DNA from: Deltaproteobacteria bacterium TMED58
Lineage (GTDB): Bacteria > Desulfobacterota_D > UBA1144
NCBI GenBank assembly: GCA_002167555.2
Contig: NHDL02000003.1
Coordinates: 81,734-145,733 of the forward strand
Direction of reading: 5' to 3'
Length of the DNA: 64,000 bases
Position 1 is the first letter of the stretch; each line of letters begins with the position of its first letter. The notes beneath the pieces are model-generated. The model was given only the letters and a program-made list of their open reading frames with translations. It made no database searches and was not told where the DNA came from. Position numbers and translations under genes: made by a program. This document shows positions 12,796 to 22,263 of the stretch, in pieces.

Positions 12796-13536
12796 TTAAG
12801 TGTATAAACCACCATTAATTTTTAAAACTTCTCCAGTTATATATGATGAATCATCTGAGGCTAAAAACAATACGGCTTTAGCAACATCCTCAGGTTGCCC
12901 AAATCTTGAAAGAGGGATTATCTCTTTATATTTTTCTTTTATGGTATCAGACAAGACATCAGTAATTTCTGTTTCAATAAAACCTGGACTTACAGCATTG
13001 ACATTTATGTTCTTTGAGCCCAACTCTTTTGCTAAGGATTTTGTAAAACCAATAAGTGCTGATTTAGTAGAAGAATAGTTAACTTGACCTGGGTTTCCCA
13101 TTTCACCCACTACAGAACTAATATTGATTATTTTTCCGTATTGGTTCTTTATCATCATCCTAACCACATTCTTTGTACAATTAAAAACTCCTTTTATGTT
13201 AGTTTCAAAAACTTCATCCCATTGATTTTCTTTCATTCTCATAAACAATGAGTCTCTTGTAATTCCAGCGTTGTTAACCAAAATGTCTATTCTTTCATAC
13301 TTATCTATTATTTCTTTAATTGATTGTTCAACTTCATTCGAATCTGAAACATCAAATTTTACAACTTCCCCATTACCACTGGAAGATTCTATCTGCTTTA
13401 ATACTTCTTCGGCTGAATCCTTGGAATTTGAATAGTTAATAATTACAGTAGCTCCTGCCTTAGCTAACTCAGTACATATAGAACTACCTATTCCTCTAGA
13501 CCCTCCGGTTACTAATGCAATTTTATCCTTCAACAT
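12796..13536 (-). CDS. fabG: 3-oxoacyl-ACP reductase
   Basis: 246-aa SDR with TGGSRGIG, NNAG and YSSTK motifs, in fab cluster context. Confidence 0.95.
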   Translation of the reverse strand: MLKDKIALVTGGSRGIGSSICTELAKAGATVIINYSNSKDSAEEVLKQIESSSGNGEVVKFDVSDSNEVEQSIKEIIDKYERIDILVNNAGITRDSLFMRMKENQWDEVFETNIKGVFNCTKNVVRMMIKNQYGKIINISSVVGEMGNPGQVNYSSTKSALIGFTKSLAKELGSKNINVNAVSPGFIETEITDVLSDTIKEKYKEIIPLSRFGQPEDVAKAVLFLASDDSSYITGEVLKINGGLYT

Positions 13537-13538
13537 AT

Positions 13539-14453
13539 TTAGATTTTTTCCAAATCTGCTTTTTCACCGAAATTTAGAGTTTGGCAGTCTGGAACTATCC
13601 TTTTTATTAAACCAGTTAAAACATTTTTAGGTCCTACTTCCATAAATGATTTAACACCCAAATTGGAATTTAAATAATGAATAGATTGATGCCATAGAAC
13701 TGGGCTAATCAATTGGTCCAATAAAAGAGTTTTAATTCTATCTTTATCTGTAATAGTTTTGGCGTCAAAATTTGTAACCATAGGTATTCTAAAATCCAGA
13801 AAATTTATTCCATCTAAAACTTCTCTCATTTTATCAACTGCTGATTTCATTAACTTTGAATGGAAAGGAGCACTCACATCTAATAAAACAACCCTTTTGG
13901 CACCAGCTTCTTTTGCAAGTCTAGCTGCATTATCTACAGCTTTCTTTACCCCTGAGATTACTACTTGGCCTATACTATTATAGTTTGCTGCGGATACATA
14001 TGAATCATCATTCGAAACTTTGTTACAAATTTCGTCAACTTGATCGTCAGGTAATCCTAAAACTGCAGCCATACCGCCTACGCCTAAAGGGACTGCTGCC
14101 TGGGTATATTCTCCTCTTTTTCTTACCGCCCATATTGCATCTTCAAAATCAAGTGATCCTGAAGCTACTAGAGCTGAATATTCTCCTAAACTATGTCCGG
14201 CTACGAAATCGGCCCTTATCTCCCTTTCAGATGTTAAAACTCTAAAAGCAGCTGTACTGACAGTCAGAATTGCAGGTTGTGCATTTACAGTAAGATGAAC
14301 ATCTTCAGATTCAAAACATAGTTTCTTAATGTCTAAATTTAATTTATCGCTTGCTTGTGCAAAAGTTTCCCTAGCAATCTTAAAATTGTCATAAAGATCT
14401 TTTCCCATTCCTACAAACTGGGAACCTTGTCCGGGAAAAACTAAACTTAACAA
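13539..14453 (-). CDS. fabD: malonyl-CoA:ACP transacylase
   Basis: 304 aa with VFPGQGSQ and the GHSLGEYSAL active-site motif. TTG start lies 9 nt after GAGGAG. Confidence 0.95.
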   Translation of the reverse strand: MLSLVFPGQGSQFVGMGKDLYDNFKIARETFAQASDKLNLDIKKLCFESEDVHLTVNAQPAILTVSTAAFRVLTSEREIRADFVAGHSLGEYSALVASGSLDFEDAIWAVRKRGEYTQAAVPLGVGGMAAVLGLPDDQVDEICNKVSNDDSYVSAANYNSIGQVVISGVKKAVDNAARLAKEAGAKRVVLLDVSAPFHSKLMKSAVDKMREVLDGINFLDFRIPMVTNFDAKTITDKDRIKTLLLDQLISPVLWHQSIHYLNSNLGVKSFMEVGPKNVLTGLIKRIVPDCQTLNFGEKADLEKI

Positions 14454-14483
14454 AATAAATAACTCCTCAAAATGGAATATATA

Positions 14484-14648
14484 CTAAGCTTTTTTTGATT
14501 CTTCATATTTCTCAATAGAGCTGTATCTGTGAGGAACTTTCAACTCACCAGATTTTTTCTCCCTAGAAAGTCCAGGCAAATTAACTTTTGTATTATTTCT
14601 TCGTTTACCTACTTTTGATTTTGATGATTTTCTTTTTGGTGTAGCCAT
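14484..14648 (-). CDS. rpmF: 50S ribosomal protein L32
   Basis: Below the ORF-track size cut-off. Hand translation gives MATPKRKSSKSKVGKRRNNTKVNLPGLSREKKSGELKVPHRYSSIEKYEESKKA (54 aa). AAGGA SD lies upstream. This is the classical position ahead of the fab cluster. Confidence 0.85.
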   Translation of the reverse strand: MATPKRKSSKSKVGKRRNNTKVNLPGLSREKKSGELKVPHRYSSIEKYEESKKA

Positions 14649-14669
14649 TTTCTATCCTTTTTTACCTCT

Positions 14670-14697
14670 ATTATATGATATAAATACTATTTTACAA
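14670..14697 (-). promoter_or_regulatory. candidate sigma70-type promoter for rpmF-fab transcription (TTGTAA-16 nt-TATAAT)
   Basis: The minus strand reads TTGTAA (14697-14692), a 16-nt spacer, then TATAAT (14675-14670), about 20 nt upstream of the rpmF ATG. AT-rich DNA makes chance matches likely. Confidence 0.3.
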
Positions 14698-16204
14698 CTT
14701 CCAATATTTTTTTTGTTGCAGAATTTGATGGATTAGTAAAAACTTTAGATGTTTCCCCCTCTTCTACTATTGTCCCCTCGGATAAGACCATAACACGATT
14801 ACATATAGATTGAACAAGTCTATAATCGTGAGTAATAAAGAGAATTGTTATTTTATGCTCTAAATATAAGGATTTGATGATAGATAAGATTTCATTTTGT
14901 GACTTTAAATCTAATGATGACATTGGTTCATCAAAAATAATAACTTTAGGTTTTACAAGCAAGGCCTTTAAAATTAATATCTTTTGTCTTTGGCCACCAC
15001 TTAAGGATTTGGGAAACCTTAATAATATATCTTTATTTAACCCTAATTCCTCTAGATAGAGATCTACTTCCTCACGATAATTAATATTTTTGGATATTCT
15101 ATCTTTAGATAATGATTTAAGTTCTTCTCTAATCAAAAAAGAATCTAACAATATATCTAAAATCTTTCTTTTAGGATTAAGCGATCCATACAAATCCTGA
15201 AAAACTATTTGTATATTTGATGCATAAGATTTAGGTGTATATTCTTTTAGATTTTTTTCAAATAACGTACATGTACCTTTTTTTGGAGAGTAAATCTTCA
15301 TCAAAACCTTAGTTAAAGTGCTTTTACCTGACCCACTTAGTCCTACTAAACCTAAAATTTCTCCTTTGTGTATCTTGAAATCAACTTTTTTTAAAATATT
15401 TTTATTATCATTAAACCCAAAACTTAAATCCTTTACTTTTAATATCTCCTTCGAGTTATCAATATCTAATCCATCAAATATTTGATGTTTTGCTTTTGAC
15501 TCTAGGTCTGCTAATTCATTATTGCTGAGATTTATAAGAGTTTTATTTTGTATCAAATAGTGGTCATTACAATAATTCTTAGCAATTCTTAAATCATGAG
15601 TTATAACTAATACACTCAAACCTCTCGAATTTGATATTGTAACTAATAAATCTAAAATAATTTTTTCATTTACTGCATCTAGGGATGACGTAGCTTCATC
15701 AGCCACTAATACATTGGGATTATTTTGAAGAGCCAATGCAATCAAAATTCTTTGAGCCATCCCACCACTTAATTCATGTGGATATAAATTTAAAAGATTT
15801 TCTGGCTCAACAAAACCAACCTCCTCTAACAAATTTATATAATTTGATTCTTGAGAATCATTCTTTTCATTTGGAATTCTATTAATTTCAAAATGTTCAT
15901 AAATAGTTATAACTGGATTTAAAGATGAAAGTGGCTCTTGTGGAATGTAAGAAAAAAAATTAATTGGAATAGAATTTTTTAAATAATCATGGCATTTAAA
16001 TGAATCAAACTCTTTTATAACATTATAAAGATATTCCTTGGAGGATAATGAAAAACCAAATAATGATTTACCACTTCCACTCTCGCCAATAATAGAAATT
16101 ATAGAATTTTTATTTAATTTAAAGTTAATGTTCTCTAATAATGGCTTGGAATAGTTATCCTTTGGATATAGTTTCATATTTTTTATTTCAATTAAATAAC
16201 TCAT
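14687..16204 (-). CDS. ABC transporter ATP-binding protein with two fused nucleotide-binding domains (Opp/Dpp peptide-type, YejF/GsiA-like)
   Basis: 505 aa. NBD1 has GESGSGKS, LSGGMAQR, LVADEATSSLD and ITHD. NBD2 has GLSGSGKST, LSGGQRQK, IIFDEPMSSLD and ITHD. Confidence 0.9.
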   Translation of the reverse strand: MSYLIEIKNMKLYPKDNYSKPLLENINFKLNKNSIISIIGESGSGKSLFGFSLSSKEYLYNVIKEFDSFKCHDYLKNSIPINFFSYIPQEPLSSLNPVITIYEHFEINRIPNEKNDSQESNYINLLEEVGFVEPENLLNLYPHELSGGMAQRILIALALQNNPNVLVADEATSSLDAVNEKIILDLLVTISNSRGLSVLVITHDLRIAKNYCNDHYLIQNKTLINLSNNELADLESKAKHQIFDGLDIDNSKEILKVKDLSFGFNDNKNILKKVDFKIHKGEILGLVGLSGSGKSTLTKVLMKIYSPKKGTCTLFEKNLKEYTPKSYASNIQIVFQDLYGSLNPKRKILDILLDSFLIREELKSLSKDRISKNINYREEVDLYLEELGLNKDILLRFPKSLSGGQRQKILILKALLVKPKVIIFDEPMSSLDLKSQNEILSIIKSLYLEHKITILFITHDYRLVQSICNRVMVLSEGTIVEEGETSKVFTNPSNSATKKILEVVK

Positions 16205-16255
16205 CTATCTTATCTTAGTTTAGTCGAATTTAAATTAAAAGTGTATAATTGTTTT

Positions 16256-16714
16256 ATGGAAAGTCTTGCTAAAAAAATCATTTTATTTTCGATAATTGGA
16301 GTTATTTCTTATGCAGCTATAATTTTTGTATCTAACAAAAGAGAAGTCAAAGAAAGAAGTAATAATAGCTTAGTAAATCAGAGTATTAATAATGTGGACT
16401 ATAAGAATACGGCTAGAATTAAGACTTTAATGAAGTCAATTGATGAAACTTACAATTCTACAAATACAATAAAACTTTTGTATGCAAATGAATTACTTGA
16501 AGAAGGTTCATTTGATAAATCTATTGAAATTCTTGACTCTATTAGCAATACAAAGTCTGTTGTTACAAATGAATTAGTCTACTCATTAAAAGCAAAAGCA
16601 TTTGCAAGCAAAGGGCTATGCAGTGTAAGTGAAAGTTATTCTAAGAAAATTACTCAACACATTTCTATAAAGGAAATTTCAAACATTCATGTTTCAAATT
16701 GTAAAAATGAATAG
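16256..16714 (+). CDS. hypothetical N-terminally membrane-anchored protein
   Basis: ORF 16241-16714. I prefer the ATG at 16256 (MESLAKKIILFSIIGVISYAAIIFV = one TM). No recognisable catalytic motif and no SD before either candidate start. Confidence 0.55.
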   Translation: MESLAKKIILFSIIGVISYAAIIFVSNKREVKERSNNSLVNQSINNVDYKNTARIKTLMKSIDETYNSTNTIKLLYANELLEEGSFDKSIEILDSISNTKSVVTNELVYSLKAKAFASKGLCSVSESYSKKITQHISIKEISNIHVSNCKNE

Positions 16715-16727
16715 GAGGATTTATTAA

Positions 16728-17078
16728 ATGATATATTTTATTTTAACAGGTCTGATAGGCGGTTTCTTTAGCGGATTCATGGGAATTGGAGGTGGATTGA
16801 TAATGGTTCCATTCCTAGTTCTTTTTGCGAAGTTTAGCCAACATTTGGCTCAGGGTACGTCCTTGGCTGTTTTAACAATACCTGTTGTAGCAATAGGAGC
16901 TTTTAACTACTATCAAAATGGAAATGTTGATATAAAAGCAGCGTTAGCTATTGCATTATTCTTTTGCATAGGTATTTTCTTTGGTTCTAAAATTGCTCAA
17001 GTTATATCTCCAGAGAATCTTAAAATTTTTTTCGGGCTTTTCATGGTCTTAGCTGGAATTAAGCTTGTAATTAGCTAG
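16728..17078 (+). CDS. half-size TSUP (TauE/SafE) family membrane protein
   Basis: 116 aa with about 4 TM segments and the N-terminal GxxxGxxGxGGGxxxxPxL and AQGTS motifs typical of TSUP repeat units. A strong AGGAGGA SD lies upstream. Confidence 0.7.
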   Translation: MIYFILTGLIGGFFSGFMGIGGGLIMVPFLVLFAKFSQHLAQGTSLAVLTIPVVAIGAFNYYQNGNVDIKAALAIALFFCIGIFFGSKIAQVISPENLKIFFGLFMVLAGIKLVIS

Positions 17079-17991
17079 TGCCATATTTGGCGGAGAAGGT
17101 AATTAAATCATCGAATTTATCAAACCAATTTATTTCGGAATCTTTTCTTAGCCATGTTCTCTGCCTCTTGGCAAATTGTTTTGTTCTAATTTTTATCAAC
17201 TCTATGGCATTCTCTAATGTAATATCAGAATTAAGATATTTATTAATTTCCAAATAACCTATTGAACGAAAAGGTTTTATGTTTAAGGGATAAATTTCTC
17301 TTAATCTTTTAATTTCATCAACTAATCCATCCTTAATCATTTTATCGACTCTTTCATCTATTTTTTTATTTAAATATTCCTTCTCTATAGACATAGCAAC
17401 TTTAATATATCCAATATTTTGGAGTCTTTGTTTTGTATTTCTTAAAAATATTTCTGAGACACTCATACCTGTTGAATAATTTATTTCTAAATATCTAATG
17501 ACTCTTTGCTTATCATTAGAACTTATGCTTTTTGCACCTTCAGGGTCTATTTTTTTTAATTTTGAATATAAATACTTTAAGCCTTTGTTTTTAAAATCGT
17601 TGACTATTGAGTTTCGAATTTCATTATCTTTAGATATATCTATATCTAATCCTTCTAGTAAAGCTTTTATATAAAGCTGAGTTCCACCTACTACAATAAA
17701 ATTTTTGGTTTCTGATTTTTTTATTATTTCCCTGGACATTCTCATATATGCCCAAGCATTAAATTCCTCTAATGGACTTACTACGTCGATAAGATGGTGC
17801 TTAACTTTCTTCCTTACCGAAATTGATGGCTTTGCAGAACCAATATCAAAATCCTTATAAACCAACATGGAATCAGCGGAAATAATTTCTGATTTAACTA
17901 AATCGTATAAATTTAGTGCTGTTGATGATTTTTCTGAACATGTTGTCCCAGTTAGGACAATTAGCTTCTTTTTATTCTCTGAAATCTTCAA
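17071..17991 (-). CDS. miaA: tRNA dimethylallyltransferase
   Basis: 306 aa with MiaA-like layout (IISADSMLVYKDFDIGSAKPS, HHLIDV, VGGTQLY, QFAKRQRTW). The P-loop is atypical (GTTCSEKS). Confidence 0.88.
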   Translation of the reverse strand: MKISENKKKLIVLTGTTCSEKSSTALNLYDLVKSEIISADSMLVYKDFDIGSAKPSISVRKKVKHHLIDVVSPLEEFNAWAYMRMSREIIKKSETKNFIVVGGTQLYIKALLEGLDIDISKDNEIRNSIVNDFKNKGLKYLYSKLKKIDPEGAKSISSNDKQRVIRYLEINYSTGMSVSEIFLRNTKQRLQNIGYIKVAMSIEKEYLNKKIDERVDKMIKDGLVDEIKRLREIYPLNIKPFRSIGYLEINKYLNSDITLENAIELIKIRTKQFAKRQRTWLRKDSEINWFDKFDDLITFSAKYGTS

Positions 17992-20071
17992 TGTTTTGAT
18001 CGAGAGCCTCTTTTCTGCTCAATCTAATTTTACCATCTCGTCCCTTTTCTAAACACTTAACTAGAACTTCATCGCCTTCATTAAGGATATCTGTAACCTT
18101 TGCTACTCTTTCCTTTGCAAGCTCCGAAACATGTATTAAACCATCCATAGTAGGACTTAGGCCGACTATAGCTCCAAAATCTAAAACTCTTTTTACAGAA
18201 CCTATATAATAATTACCTACTTCAATATCACGAACAATATAAGCTATATCTTTTAATGCGCCTTTAGCGTCCTCTTCGTTCACTGCGATAACATTTACTC
18301 TACCAGTATCATCAACATCAATTTTAACGTTATTATCTTCGATAAGTTTCCTTATATTTTTTCCGCCAGATCCAATAATATCTTTTATCTTTGCTGGATC
18401 AACCATTATCGTTGTAATCCTAGGAGCATATGAAGAAATATTTTCTTTCTGTGATGATATTGTTTTAGACATTTCAGAAAGTATATGATTCCTTCCTTTC
18501 TTAGCTTGCTCTAATGCCTCTTTCATAATATCTTCACTGATACCTTTTATTTTGATATCCATTTGTAACGCTGTGATTCCCTCAGAAGTTCCACAAACTT
18601 TAAAGTCCATATCTCCTAAATGGTCTTCATCACCCAAGATATCTGAAAGTATAATATAGCTATCTCCTTCTTTTATTAAACCCATTGCAATTCCAGCGAC
18701 AGGGGCCTTAACAGGAACCCCAGCATCCATTAAAGAAAGTGAGGATCCACAAACAGTTGCCATTGATGACGAGCCATTTGATTCAAGAACATCTGAAACA
18801 ATACGAACGGTGTATGGAAAATCTTCATTATCTGGAAGTACAGCTTGAATAGCTCTCTTTGCTAGTTCTCCATGACCAATCTCTCTTCTTCCTGTTCCTA
18901 GCCTCATAGAGACCTCCCCAACACTAAATGGAGGGAAATTATAGTGCAACATAAAAGGTTTTTTTTCTTCTCCAATTAATGAATCGACTCTCTGTTGATC
19001 TTCTTTGCTACCCAAAGTAACAGCAACTAAAGCCTGTGTCTCTCCTCTAGTAAATACTGCTGAACCGTGTGCTCTAGGCAAAAGACTAATTTCAGTAGAA
19101 ATATCTCTTATATCTTCAAAACCACGTCCATCAATCCTAGATTTTTTATTTATCATCATTTCTCTAATTGAATTTTTCCTAATTTTATCAAATATGGATT
19201 TTACTTCTTTTTCATCAAAATTAGATTCATTTTCTAGATTAGAAACCGCATTAGTATATATCTCATTAAATTTTGAACTTCGCTCTTGTTTGGATTTTAT
19301 AGTGGCAGCTACACCAATATCTTTTGTAACAATACTCTTTACCGATTCGACCAAATCTGTATTTACTTGTTTTTCTACGAAATCTCGTTTTACTAAATCT
19401 TCTGATACCAATTTCTTTTGAAATTCAATCAATTTCTTAACTTGTTCGTGACCAAACATTAGAGCATTAATAATATCTTGTTCGGGTGCAACATCAGCAC
19501 CGCCTTCGACCATAAGTATGGCATCTGAACTACCTGCTACTATGAAATTTAAATCAGAGTTCTCTATTTCTTCATAGCTAGGATTACATACTAGACTACC
19601 ATCAACCCTTGCAACTCTGACAGCCGCAATAGGGTCCTCCCAGGGAATATTTGATACTGTTAAAGCTGCGGAAGCTGCTGTTAGAGCTAAAACATCTGGT
19701 GGATTAGTATCATCTGCTGAATATACAGAAATAATTATCTGTGTTGGGAAATTATAATCCTTATGGAACATTGGCCTTAATGGGCGATCAATGAGTCTGC
19801 AAATTAAAGTTTCAGCCTCAGTAGGTCTACCTTCTCTTTTAAAAAAACCACCTGGAATTTTACCTGCCGCAAAAGCTTTTTCTTGATAGTTGACAGTTAA
19901 AGGGAGGAAGTCTCCATCCACTGCTTCATGTGAAGAAACTACAGTAGCTAGAACTTGTGTCTCTCCTATTTGAGCAAAAACAGATCCATCTGCTTGTTTA
20001 GCTAACTTGCCTGTTTCAAAAGTAAAATCTTTACCTTCAATGTTTTCGGATATTTTTTTGTAATTCGACAT
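17972..20071 (-). CDS. pnp: polyribonucleotide nucleotidyltransferase (PNPase)
   Basis: About 699 aa with two RNase PH domains plus KH and S1 (GSVKRVLDFGAIVGL). ATG at 20071 is preferred over TTG at 20074. It follows rpsO as usual. Confidence 0.97.
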   Translation of the reverse strand: MSNYKKISENIEGKDFTFETGKLAKQADGSVFAQIGETQVLATVVSSHEAVDGDFLPLTVNYQEKAFAAGKIPGGFFKREGRPTEAETLICRLIDRPLRPMFHKDYNFPTQIIISVYSADDTNPPDVLALTAASAALTVSNIPWEDPIAAVRVARVDGSLVCNPSYEEIENSDLNFIVAGSSDAILMVEGGADVAPEQDIINALMFGHEQVKKLIEFQKKLVSEDLVKRDFVEKQVNTDLVESVKSIVTKDIGVAATIKSKQERSSKFNEIYTNAVSNLENESNFDEKEVKSIFDKIRKNSIREMMINKKSRIDGRGFEDIRDISTEISLLPRAHGSAVFTRGETQALVAVTLGSKEDQQRVDSLIGEEKKPFMLHYNFPPFSVGEVSMRLGTGRREIGHGELAKRAIQAVLPDNEDFPYTVRIVSDVLESNGSSSMATVCGSSLSLMDAGVPVKAPVAGIAMGLIKEGDSYIILSDILGDEDHLGDMDFKVCGTSEGITALQMDIKIKGISEDIMKEALEQAKKGRNHILSEMSKTISSQKENISSYAPRITTIMVDPAKIKDIIGSGGKNIRKLIEDNNVKIDVDDTGRVNVIAVNEEDAKGALKDIAYIVRDIEVGNYYIGSVKRVLDFGAIVGLSPTMDGLIHVSELAKERVAKVTDILNEGDEVLVKCLEKGRDGKIRLSRKEALDQNIEDFRE

Positions 20072-20077
20072 CAAATA

Positions 20078-20338
20078 TTATTTTCTTAAACCTAGTTTAT
20101 TTAATATGTCTAAATATTGATTGTTATTCTTATTCTTAATATACTTCAGCAACTTCCTTCTTTTGTCTATCAGCAATAAAAGGCCTCTCCTAGATGATAC
20201 ATCTTTCTTCATAACTTGAATGTGCTTAGTAAGGACTTCTATTCTTTTGGATAAAATTGAAATCTGAACTGCAGTTGAACCTGTGTCTTTAGAATCTTTA
20301 CCAAATTTAGATATTATATCTTGCTTATTAATCGTCAA
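20078..20338 (-). CDS. rpsO: 30S ribosomal protein S15
   Basis: I prefer TTG at 20338, 5 nt after AAGAGG, giving 86 aa (MTINKQDIISKFGKDSKDTGSTAVQISILS...), the normal S15 length. The ORF-track N-terminal extension is hydrophobic and looks non-genuine. Confidence 0.88.
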   Translation of the reverse strand: MTINKQDIISKFGKDSKDTGSTAVQISILSKRIEVLTKHIQVMKKDVSSRRGLLLLIDKRRKLLKYIKNKNNNQYLDILNKLGLRK

Positions 20339-20401
20339 AGTAACCTCTTTAATTTTTAATAGCTTAATAATTAATGAATAATTCAAGAAAATCAAGTAAG
20401 T

Positions 20402-21292
20402 TTAATTTTTTTTATTAAAAAACTTTATTTTGGAACTTATATACGCTCCATTACTATCAAATTTATTACTAGCTATCAAAATTGGAATATTACTACATGA
20501 AAGAATAACTGGCGAATCCTGATCATTAATATTTAAAAGAGAACCTAAATTTACATCTTTAAAATTCTTTTCACTTGATATTCTAGCTACATCGCTTTCT
20601 TGGATATTAATAACTGTAAATAATTTACTAATAGGAAAAAAAAGTGGTTCTGAGTCATTTATTAAAGCAAAAAAATTATTGGAAGTTTTGATATCAAACT
20701 TACCAGTTTTAGTTCTTCTTAATTTAGAAACTGTTCCATACGAGCCAAGAGCTAAACCTATATCTCTAGCAAGTGCTCTGATATATGTCCCCTTAGATGA
20801 TTCTATTCGTAGGTTAAGAGTTGAAAAGCCGGAATTAATAATTTTAATTTCTTCAATATAAGATTTCTTAATTCCCAATTCCACGCTTTTACCATCCCTT
20901 GCTAACTTATAAGATGGAATACCATTTATTTTAATGGCAGAGAAAATTGGTGGCTTATAATTATATTCTCCTTTAAAACTTTCAATTGCATCAATTATGT
21001 CATCGTTTGAATATTTCTTAATTTTAGATAAATTTAAAATTTTCCCCGATATATCTAGCGTATCTGTCAGAAGACCTAAAAGAATTTTAACTTCATAATT
21101 TTTAACAGATTCATCAATATATGGAATAATTTTCGTCATGTCATCGAAATACACTACTAAAACTCCTGTTGCTAGTGGATCTAGTGTTCCAGAATGGCCT
21201 GCTTTCTCTGCACCAAAAAATTTCTTCAACTTGTTAACGACATAGGATGATGTAAGTCCATAAGGTTTATCAACAACAATTATTTTATTCAT
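20402..21292 (-). CDS. truB: tRNA pseudouridine-55 synthase
   Basis: 296 aa with VDKPYGLTS and the catalytic HSGTLDPLATGVL motif. Confidence 0.94.
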   Translation of the reverse strand: MNKIIVVDKPYGLTSSYVVNKLKKFFGAEKAGHSGTLDPLATGVLVVYFDDMTKIIPYIDESVKNYEVKILLGLLTDTLDISGKILNLSKIKKYSNDDIIDAIESFKGEYNYKPPIFSAIKINGIPSYKLARDGKSVELGIKKSYIEEIKIINSGFSTLNLRIESSKGTYIRALARDIGLALGSYGTVSKLRRTKTGKFDIKTSNNFFALINDSEPLFFPISKLFTVINIQESDVARISSEKNFKDVNLGSLLNINDQDSPVILSCSNIPILIASNKFDSNGAYISSKIKFFNKKN

Positions 21293-22263
21293 TTTTTTAG
21301 ATTAGATATTATTGATTCAGTTAGATTCTCTAGCTTTCCATTATAGGAAAACCCAGCAGCATTTTTATGACCGCCGCCGCCAAAGATGTTACAGAATTTT
21401 GCTAAGTCAATAAAATTATTTGTTCTAGTGCTTACTTTCCAACTATCTTTTCCTATTTCTCTGATGAATATTCCTATCTCTATATCATCATAAAATATTA
21501 ATCCATTAGGTATTCCCTCAGAATCCTCTTTAGTAGTATTTGTATCAGAATAAAAGGAAGATGTTGCGTGACATATTGCTAATTTTAAATCTGAATCATG
21601 CCTCAGAGTAGAGTGAATTTTATTCCTCAATATTAATTTATTTATTCCACCCAACCTAAAAATATTCTTATTAATCAATTCTAAATCTGCACCCAAATCC
21701 AGCAAGGTAGATGAGACTGCAAATGATTCAATATTGGAATTAGAATTTTTAAATGATGATGTATCTGTAATGATTGAAGTTAAGAGACATGTTGCAACTT
21801 CCGAGTTAATTTTCTTTTTAAATCTTGATATTAAGCGATATATTAAAATACCAGTAGAAGAAGCTTTAGAATCTATAAATAAATTTGCTGATTTGATTTT
21901 ATTATTTTCATGATGATCAATAATAATAGCTGGCTTTTTATGATTTAAAATCTTTTGAAGATAAGCCATCATTTCATCACCTGACCTTTCCAAATCATTG
22001 AAATCTAAAAGCATATATAAATCGATATTATCCGGAATAGTTTTAACCGAATTATGAAAGTTCTTGGTGGCTAGAAAATTTAGATAAATTGGAACCTGAT
22101 CTCTGTTATAAACATGCGCCTCAATGCCAATTGACTCACAGTAATTAGCTAAACCAAAGGAAGATCCTATAGCATCTCCATCAGGATTATAGTGACTAAT
22201 TATTAAAATTTTTTTCTTATTTGATATTATTTTCTTTAAATCTGTAATAGTTACATTATTCAT
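21289..22263 (-). CDS. DHH-family phosphoesterase (NrnA-like oligoribonuclease/pAp phosphatase)
   Basis: 324 aa with HYNPDGDAIGS, IIIDHHENN and GGGGHKNAAG (DHH/DHHA1 motifs). Confidence 0.85.
   Translation of the reverse strand: MNNVTITDLKKIISNKKKILIISHYNPDGDAIGSSFGLANYCESIGIEAHVYNRDQVPIYLNFLATKNFHNSVKTIPDNIDLYMLLDFNDLERSGDEMMAYLQKILNHKKPAIIIDHHENNKIKSANLFIDSKASSTGILIYRLISRFKKKINSEVATCLLTSIITDTSSFKNSNSNIESFAVSSTLLDLGADLELINKNIFRLGGINKLILRNKIHSTLRHDSDLKLAICHATSSFYSDTNTTKEDSEGIPNGLIFYDDIEIGIFIREIGKDSWKVSTRTNNFIDLAKFCNIFGGGGHKNAAGFSYNGKLENLTESIISNLKK

Noticed and set aside
12274-14245. Antisense ORFs within fabF, fabG and fabD (12274-12552, 12800-13078, 13759-13983, 13985-14245)
   Set aside because: They are fully embedded opposite well-supported fab genes and have no recognisable motifs.
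16241-16255. GTG start for the 157-aa hypothetical ORF
   Set aside because: These bases contain a perfect TATAAT. The ATG at 16256 begins directly before the TM segment. Neither start has an SD, so this remains uncertain.
20339-20395. N-terminal extension of the rpsO ORF (MIFLNYSLIIKLLKIKEV...)
   Set aside because: The extension is hydrophobic and not S15-like. An internal TTG with a properly spaced AAGAGG gives the normal S15 length.
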